A DNA stretch of 64,000 nucleotides from a virus (taxonomy: Duplodnaviria; Caudoviricetes), in the IMG/VR virus record IMGVR_UViG_3300018430_000021, positions 64,001 to 128,000 of that record. One strand, given 5' to 3'. Positions 58,026 to 64,000 of this stretch are shown piece by piece (within the stretch, counting starts at the first letter, position 1; every line of letters starts with the position of its first letter). The position numbers and the translations under genes are program-made. The notes under the pieces were generated by a model, which did no database searches, had not been told where the DNA came from, and was given only the letters and a program-made list of their open reading frames with translations.

Positions 58026-58493
58026 TTAAGCTTCTTCTTCGTCTTCTTCTGTTTCAGCCGGAGTTTCGTCTGACTTGGTTTCGTCTTCGTCGGCAACATC
58101 ATCGATACTTACGAATGTGTCATTAACATCATAAGAAGTAGTTGTCGGTTCGAGAGTCGGATCCATAGACTGAATATCATCGTCTGTAATAGCTTCTTCA
58201 GCCGGAGTTTCTTCGGTAGTGTCAATGATGTTCAAGCGAGCACCACAGCATGGACAAACCGGATTGGCAACATCGACATCGTATGTCTTTGTTTCTTCTT
58301 CGGTAGCTGTTTCTTCAGCCGGAGTTTCTTCGACAGGAGCTTCTTCCGGAGCAACATCGGAATCTACAGTAGGAACGCCAGCCGGTGTTTCTTCAGTAGA
58401 AATTGTGAAGGTTGGATTTTCTTCATCAGGATCACCAAAGCTTTCGCAAAGGAGCGATGAAGCACGTAACATAGCATTATTAAACTGGGTCAT
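58026..58493 (-). CDS. acidic protein with EETPAEE repeats and CPCC motif
   Basis: Late promoter, GAGG RBS. Confidence 0.75.
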   Translation of the reverse strand: MTQFNNAMLRASSLLCESFGDPDEENPTFTISTEETPAGVPTVDSDVAPEEAPVEETPAEETATEEETKTYDVDVANPVCPCCGARLNIIDTTEETPAEEAITDDDIQSMDPTLEPTTTSYDVNDTFVSIDDVADEDETKSDETPAETEEDEEEA

Positions 58494-58515
58494 TTTAAAT
58501 TCCTCTTTTTTTTTA

Positions 58516-59022
58516 TTATTTATAAGCGTATGACTTCAATGCTGAGAATAATTCGTTCTCAATATAGAAAGGTGACACTTCAATTCCGTTTTGTTTAACC
58601 ATGTTGGCTATTGCGTTAGCCTTGGTTTTGACGATTTTCTTCAAACTGTCACTCATATAGAGGAAGCGTTCATTGTAATCGTCAGTTATATTTCCCATGG
58701 AATCTGTTGTTGGCTCTTCAACCTCAAGTTCGTCCTTGTAGATATTCTGAGCAGCGTCTTCGATGATTTCAAGTAAGTAGTCGGCAATTTTATTTTCGTT
58801 TATATTTTGCTTTGTACTTTCAGCGACATTAACGAGGTCATCGTCTTCGAATTCCTGTTTTGTACTGTCAACGAGACGTAATTTAGCACGACAACATGGA
58901 CATACAAGGTTATCGGTAGTAACTGTATAAGCTTCTACTTTACCTAGCTTATCCAAACCGTTATCGCCTTCAACGCCATATCCGGTGAGTAACTGAGATG
59001 CCAATTTCTGTAAATCGTTCAT
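58516..59022 (-). CDS. late protein with CPCC motif
   Basis: TATAAATA-N4-ATG; VCPCCRAKLRLVD. Confidence 0.75.
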   Translation of the reverse strand: MNDLQKLASQLLTGYGVEGDNGLDKLGKVEAYTVTTDNLVCPCCRAKLRLVDSTKQEFEDDDLVNVAESTKQNINENKIADYLLEIIEDAAQNIYKDELEVEEPTTDSMGNITDDYNERFLYMSDSLKKIVKTKANAIANMVKQNGIEVSPFYIENELFSALKSYAYK

Positions 59023-59035
59023 ATATTATTTATAA

Positions 59036-59425
59036 TTAACCGAAGAGAGTCTCGTCGGAAGCTACAGTTTCTTCAACAGTAGGAGTTGTTTCTTCAACAA
59101 CAGGAGCGGTTTCTTCTACAGTAACCTTGCTCTTGCGTTTCTTTGGCTTTTCTGTCGGAACTGCAACAACAGCGTCAACAATCGGAGCTTCATCGGTTGG
59201 AACCGGTGCTTCTTCAACTACTGCAGCCTGTTCAGCTTCTTTCTTTTCCTTGAGGCCGTTAATGAATGCCTGATATTCCTTTTCAAAGGCATCAGTATTT
59301 CCAACGGACCTGAACGAATATGAGCGAGTCGGATATGAACGGATAGTATTACCCATTGCGGCACGAGCCTTGTCATATTCACTGTATGTTTGTTCTTCTT
59401 CGTAACGTTTTGCAAATCTATTCAT
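59036..59425 (-). CDS. hypothetical protein
   Basis: FEKEYQAFI motif; E/T/P-rich tail. Confidence 0.75.
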   Translation of the reverse strand: MNRFAKRYEEEQTYSEYDKARAAMGNTIRSYPTRSYSFRSVGNTDAFEKEYQAFINGLKEKKEAEQAAVVEEAPVPTDEAPIVDAVVAVPTEKPKKRKSKVTVEETAPVVEETTPTVEETVASDETLFG

Positions 59426-59963
59426 CGTTATTTTTCCTTTTTGTTTGTTTTAAACTGTTTATAAAATCAGCATATTCTTCATCGAAAGATTTTGCTTCTT
59501 TAATAACATTATTTCCTTCGAGATTAGATATATCTAATTCTTTTGTTTCTTCTTCAGGTTCTTCAACATGTTCTTCAGGTTTATTTTCAACTGGAGTTTC
59601 AATACCAAAAAGCTCATTGATATATTCTCGACAATATGCTTTAAGTTCTTCTTTTAATTCTTTCTTTTCTTTTTCTTTTTTAAGATTTTCGATAAAAGCC
59701 TGATATTCACGTTCAAAATCATCTAACGTATTAGACTGTTCTTGTGGCTTATATTCCTTAAATTCAATTTTGGGAACTTCAATCGGTTCAAATTTTTTTA
59801 CTTCTGGTGTTTTAAATTTCGGAATTTTTAAAGGCGCTGTTTCCTGCGTTGGAATAGCAATATCGACATTTTTTATGCTGTCGATATAGTTGCTAAGCAA
59901 CTTTTTCCTTTTCGCGTCTAAAACACGATGTACCGCTAAATTTGATTGTATTGGTCTTGACAT
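59418..59963 (-). CDS. hypothetical protein
   Basis: Two copies of the F.E.Y..FI..LK motif. Confidence 0.75.
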   Translation of the reverse strand: MSRPIQSNLAVHRVLDAKRKKLLSNYIDSIKNVDIAIPTQETAPLKIPKFKTPEVKKFEPIEVPKIEFKEYKPQEQSNTLDDFEREYQAFIENLKKEKEKKELKEELKAYCREYINELFGIETPVENKPEEHVEEPEEETKELDISNLEGNNVIKEAKSFDEEYADFINSLKQTKRKNNDE

Positions 59964-59966
59964 TGA

Positions 59967-60344
59967 TTATCTCTTTATATGTTGAAGTAATGTTTCCGGA
60001 ATATTATGAATAATCATACCAGGAGGATTATCCTTATTGCCTTTTAAAATTTGAAGGTTGTAAAGTCTAATTCCGCCAACCGGATCCAGAATATTTATTA
60101 TCTTATAAAGACAAATATCATTCTGTACATTACTAATTACTTCTTCATTCACAACGAACGGTCGCACAGTTTCATCAACTTCATAAGAGCTGCTGTGTGA
60201 CGTTGCTTCACCTTTGTTATATTCTTTTGCTGCTTTTACGGCTGCGGTAAGTCTGGAAGCAACCCATTCAGGGCAATGATTCGACCTTACGATGTCCTTA
60301 ATCGCATTTAAAAGAATATTTAACTGTTCTGCTTTAACTTCCAT
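59967..60344 (-). CDS. hypothetical protein
   Basis: Operon position. Confidence 0.7.
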   Translation of the reverse strand: MEVKAEQLNILLNAIKDIVRSNHCPEWVASRLTAAVKAAKEYNKGEATSHSSSYEVDETVRPFVVNEEVISNVQNDICLYKIINILDPVGGIRLYNLQILKGNKDNPPGMIIHNIPETLLQHIKR

Positions 60345-60345
60345 A

Positions 60346-60774
60346 TTAGTCTAATAGATAAGAACGAGATTCTCCATCTTCGTCAACAACAGTAACAGTA
60401 CCGTCTGTGTTTTCACGGATGTACATACCGTCATCGAATTCATAAACTTTTTCGTTATTTTCGTCAATATATTGACCGATAACGGAGAAACTTTCCTTGA
60501 GCTTTCTCTTTTTCTTTTTCTTTTTCTTCTTAGGAATCTGGTTTAACCAGTATTGCGGGTGATGTGCACTCGGAACACCTGCGAAGAATGGGTTTACTGA
60601 AAATGGTGAACGATGGAAAAGAAGACCCATACGCTGTGGACAACAACCCTTACCGTCACCGCCATGCGGAATGCCTTGGTCTAAACCGCAAGGAGAACCG
60701 ACGCCGATACCGAAATCTTCGTCGAGAGTCACTCCGTTTTCTTTTAAAATTTCTAATGCTTCTTCAACTGTCAT
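60346..60774 (-). CDS. hypothetical protein with EALEILKENG motif and poly-Lys tract
   Basis: Seen in the translation. Confidence 0.7.
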   Translation of the reverse strand: MTVEEALEILKENGVTLDEDFGIGVGSPCGLDQGIPHGGDGKGCCPQRMGLLFHRSPFSVNPFFAGVPSAHHPQYWLNQIPKKKKKKKKRKLKESFSVIGQYIDENNEKVYEFDDGMYIRENTDGTVTVVDEDGESRSYLLD

Positions 60775-60776
60775 AA

Positions 60777-61238
60777 TTATGCCTTATTGATTTTTATACC
60801 GTATAACTTATTTATATTGTCGGCTTTTACTGCCCATTCCCCGGAATGTGCATATTTATCGTTATATAACAGTTTATTGAACTTATCAATGTCGCCTTCT
60901 TGATAATACCAAGCAGCTTGGTCGATTTGTTCTTTTGGAATTCCAGAAACCACTTCATAATGAAGCATTTCATGAATCATAGTCGAAATAAATGCCTTTC
61001 TGGTTCTTTTTCGGCTTTTAGAAATCTGAATCTTGTAATTTGATATAGTCTTTTTGTCTAAGTCTACATCATATTTCAAGTCACCGTTTAAGGTATTACT
61101 TTCTATGATTTCTATCGGTATTTCTGGGATTTTATTGTTAAAGAATAATCGGTTACACTCCAGAAATAGACTTGATGCTATCTCGTCGTTTATTTCAAAT
61201 TCCTGGACACTGAGACGTTTCTTGTTTGTATATTGCAT
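60777..61238 (-). CDS. SprT-like zinc metallopeptidase
   Basis: N..FF..IP; TMIHEMLH; H..EW. Confidence 0.75.
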   Translation of the reverse strand: MQYTNKKRLSVQEFEINDEIASSLFLECNRLFFNNKIPEIPIEIIESNTLNGDLKYDVDLDKKTISNYKIQISKSRKRTRKAFISTMIHEMLHYEVVSGIPKEQIDQAAWYYQEGDIDKFNKLLYNDKYAHSGEWAVKADNINKLYGIKINKA

Positions 61239-61242
61239 AAGA

Positions 61243-61485
61243 TTAATAGGAATCGATGTCTCGCCAGCTCGATTCCATGAAATCTTTGCGGGACTTTACA
61301 TATGTTTTCCCTTCATATTCCAAGGTTACATTCGAGGCGGTATGATCGATTAATTTCACTTTAATGGCACAGCATTGTTTCACTTCTGGAATCTTGGTCC
61401 AATAAATCGCACCATTCATTAACGTAAAACCATACTTGAAGTAGTCATTCTGTTGTTTCTTTGGGCAATTAGGACATGGAGTCAT
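61243..61485 (-). CDS. small Cys-containing hypothetical protein
   Basis: AAGGA RBS, operon position. Confidence 0.6.
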   Translation of the reverse strand: MTPCPNCPKKQQNDYFKYGFTLMNGAIYWTKIPEVKQCCAIKVKLIDHTASNVTLEYEGKTYVKSRKDFMESSWRDIDSY

Positions 61486-61486
61486 T

Positions 61487-62029
61487 TTAATGTTTCCTTA
61501 ATAAATCGTCTAGCTGTGAATTTATTTGACGGACGACGTATTGACGAGCTAGCATACTGGTGTTTGCAAGCTGGTTCTGAATACGCTGGTTGTTATAAAC
61601 GTTCTGAAGCCAAGTAATAGAAGAAAGATATGGAAGTTTTGGTTTTAACCATTCACGAAGCTTGAACATGAGAAGGTCAAGATTCGAGATACTGTCGTTT
61701 TCTTCTTTGGTAACTGGCTCACGAATAAGTGCACCGTTGCGGTCGATGAGGCCGAGCTTGTATGCTTTTGTCTTTCTAGGAATTGTAGTTATCGACTTGA
61801 GAAATACGAAAACCAGGATGTTATCGATATTCCTGTCATGCATTGATAAATTGATTTTCTTGCCACTGTTTTTAAGATTTCTCAGTGACATTGCAGCTTC
61901 GTTAAGTATTCCGTTAGCTTCGAAACCGCTCGCCAGCATATTCGCATTATTGACGAGACGACGTAAACCCTTCTGACCAGAAGGATCATCCAATGATTCG
62001 AAGAATCTTTCCCAGATTATTTTTTCCAT
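61487..62029 (-). CDS. conserved T4-like phage hypothetical protein
   Basis: AYKLGLID..G motif; late promoter. Confidence 0.7.
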   Translation of the reverse strand: MEKIIWERFFESLDDPSGQKGLRRLVNNANMLASGFEANGILNEAAMSLRNLKNSGKKINLSMHDRNIDNILVFVFLKSITTIPRKTKAYKLGLIDRNGALIREPVTKEENDSISNLDLLMFKLREWLKPKLPYLSSITWLQNVYNNQRIQNQLANTSMLARQYVVRQINSQLDDLLRKH

Positions 62030-62053
62030 ACTACTATATTTATAACTCGAATT

Positions 62054-62947
62054 TTAGCACCATTCATTACACGAGAAGCCTTGGTCGTCGTCAATATCGT
62101 AATAATTGTTATATTTTCGACGTTTTTGAGAATTCATAGTGCAACTTTCTATTCTTGGTGCGAATTCTGTCTGAGTTCCTACCCATCCAGGATTAGAAAC
62201 ACATGTAATTTCTGTCTTTACTGTTATAGGTTTATCCGGTTTATCCGGGTTATCAAAAACTTCTTCTTTAGTAATAGTCTTGACATCCATTTTATCCTGA
62301 CGAACATCGCTGTAAGTAGCCATCTTGTCGCCACCGGAAATAAACTTTTGATATTTTTCTTTAATGCCGTTTATAATCTTTTGGAAAATTCCAGCTTCCT
62401 TTTTCTTTTCTTGTCGTTTTGAATATTCGCTATCTTCATTTCGCTTGGTTGCTTCTGCAGAACATTCAGAACTACAATATTTAAAATATCCAACATTGAT
62501 ACTTTTGAATTCTGTTGGCTTTCCGCATATCGGACAGATACCTTCGTTTTCCTTTTTGAGGTATTTATCGTAATATTCTTTGATGCTTGTTATAGCATGG
62601 TGGTCTCTTAAGTGCTTTCTGAGCCTATTTGATGCTGCACCTTCATCTATACCTGTAATTTCTTCACCACAAATGGCACAAGTTAGATGAAACTCCTCGG
62701 TTTTTGGAGCCATGTTTCGGAGTTTTCTAGCACAACTTACTGAACATGTCTCATAATAACCCTTTGAGACACTAATAAAGCCAGTCTCTTTTCCACAAAC
62801 AGCACACTTTCCTTCGTTTTCTTTCTTGAAATACTTGTCATAGTATTCCCTGATACTGCCAAAACCATGGTCGTTCTTGACATGAAGGCCATATTTCGTA
62901 TGATGTTCAAAGCTTTTTCCACAAATTTTACAAACATATCTCAGCAT
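62054..62947 (-). CDS. tandem zinc-finger protein (duplicated module)
   Basis: Two copies of CxxC..H..H..EYYDKY.KKENEG.CxxCGK.T.F.S..GY..CS..C. Confidence 0.8.
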   Translation of the reverse strand: MLRYVCKICGKSFEHHTKYGLHVKNDHGFGSIREYYDKYFKKENEGKCAVCGKETGFISVSKGYYETCSVSCARKLRNMAPKTEEFHLTCAICGEEITGIDEGAASNRLRKHLRDHHAITSIKEYYDKYLKKENEGICPICGKPTEFKSINVGYFKYCSSECSAEATKRNEDSEYSKRQEKKKEAGIFQKIINGIKEKYQKFISGGDKMATYSDVRQDKMDVKTITKEEVFDNPDKPDKPITVKTEITCVSNPGWVGTQTEFAPRIESCTMNSQKRRKYNNYYDIDDDQGFSCNEWC

Positions 62948-62991
62948 GAATTATTTATAAATAGATTAAGAGATAATATAAGGGTTTATAC

Positions 62992-64000
62992 ATGGCCGAT
63001 ACAACATATAAAAGTAGTTTTGTTTTTACAAAAGAGGGTAGAACTCTTCTTGTAAGCCAGACTGGAGGCATTAAATTCGCCATTTTAGGCTATTTACTTG
63101 TCGGTGGTTTGGTAAGATCAATGAACGGCGACGATAATACGCCACAAGATGATATTTCTGCAAATTATAACCCAGATACTTCTGCACCAAATTATATTTC
63201 AGATGATTCTAAGCCAGATACCACGTTACGTAATTTATGGCATGATATTGAATCCCGTGCAGCTGCTGCTGGTGTTAGCCCTATTGAATATCTTTCAGAA
63301 GATCCGAAAATTACGTTATTCATGAAAGGCGTTAATTACGAGATTAATGGTAATGATATATTGCCATCTTCTAAAGATGATTATGCAGAAGCAGTCAAGA
63401 ATTATAAAGAGCACTTGTTTGGTTCATTCTATATTCCTTCTACAGAATTGATGACCGACCCTAACGGAAACCGTTACGGAACTTATGCTTTTAATTTTGA
63501 TAAGACCTATCTTAATTGTGATATTAAGAAGGATGTAAGTATTCGCCACGTAATACTTATTGGTAAGCAATATGCAGAAAATCGTGAAGCTACTTTCAAT
63601 GTTAGTCAGCGACAGGATGCAAGTATTGTAGGTATTGCTGAAATTGTTCAGGATGATACAACATCTGAAAGTGTTCCTCCTGGTATTGAACTTCTTAAGG
63701 ATCAGAATGAATTTGTTACATTCCAGTGCCAGTTAAGATTTACTGTTACAGAATGCCCGAATGAATTTATCGATATTGAAAACGGTGATAAAGTTGTAAT
63801 TGATGATAATGAAGGTTCAACTTCTGCAGCTTATGAACCCGTTTCTGATATTGCAAGTAAGCTTGCATTGGTCAATAATGGCCTTAAGACACTTTCTGGT
63901 GGTATTACAATCGGTCAGACGGAAGAAATCCTTGATGAACTTCAGCTTGGTCCAGAAGGTTCTATCTGTATGACAAAGACATTGATGGTTGCGGACTGTA
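62992..64000 (+). CDS. partial late structural protein (tail fibre/baseplate candidate), runs off the window
   Basis: TATAAATA at 62956-62963; MADTTYKSSFVFTKEGRTLL.. start; frame appears open to the window end. Confidence 0.6.
   Translation, partial: MADTTYKSSFVFTKEGRTLLVSQTGGIKFAILGYLLVGGLVRSMNGDDNTPQDDISANYNPDTSAPNYISDDSKPDTTLRNLWHDIESRAAAAGVSPIEYLSEDPKITLFMKGVNYEINGNDILPSSKDDYAEAVKNYKEHLFGSFYIPSTELMTDPNGNRYGTYAFNFDKTYLNCDIKKDVSIRHVILIGKQYAENREATFNVSQRQDASIVGIAEIVQDDTTSESVPPGIELLKDQNEFVTFQCQLRFTVTECPNEFIDIENGDKVVIDDNEGSTSAAYEPVSDIASKLALVNNGLKTLSGGITIGQTEEILDELQLGPEGSICMTKTLMVADC

Overview
This window is a segment of a large T4-like (myovirus/jumbo-type) phage genome in standard genetic code. 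1-11.8 kb: an early region of about 30 small genes, mostly in one- to three-gene cassettes. Each cassette has a sigma70-type promoter (TT(T/G)AC(A/G)-N17-TATATT, 20 copies) and a conserved ATCAACAAGAGGTTAAC leader/RBS. 11.8-12.3 kb: a non-coding palindrome/A-tract junction, a candidate genome end or packaging site. 12.3-18.2 kb: a tandem array of 16 translationally coupled ~120-aa paralogues, one of them frameshifted. 18.2-64 kb: T4-like core and late genes (GroEL, glycosyltransferase, gp55 sigma, two gp26-like hubs, RegA, RuvC-like resolvase, HAD nucleotidase, gp13, two gp14, gp19-like tubes, gp4, probable TerS, large virion proteins) under TATAAATA late promoters. Main discoveries: (1) the terminase large subunit is present only as its C-terminal half, fused to an atypically split intein C-fragment, and the N-half is not in the window, implying protein trans-splicing; (2) anti-leader sequences upstream of early promoters co-vary with the downstream RBS; (3) systematic TATAAATA-N4-ATG leaderless late genes; (4) the 16-gene paralogue array, whose conserved C-terminal codons also form the next gene's RBS and start; (5) a promoter-driven, highly structured ~430-nt non-coding element at 40.7-41.14 kb. 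All protein calls come from motif recognition by eye; no searches were run.
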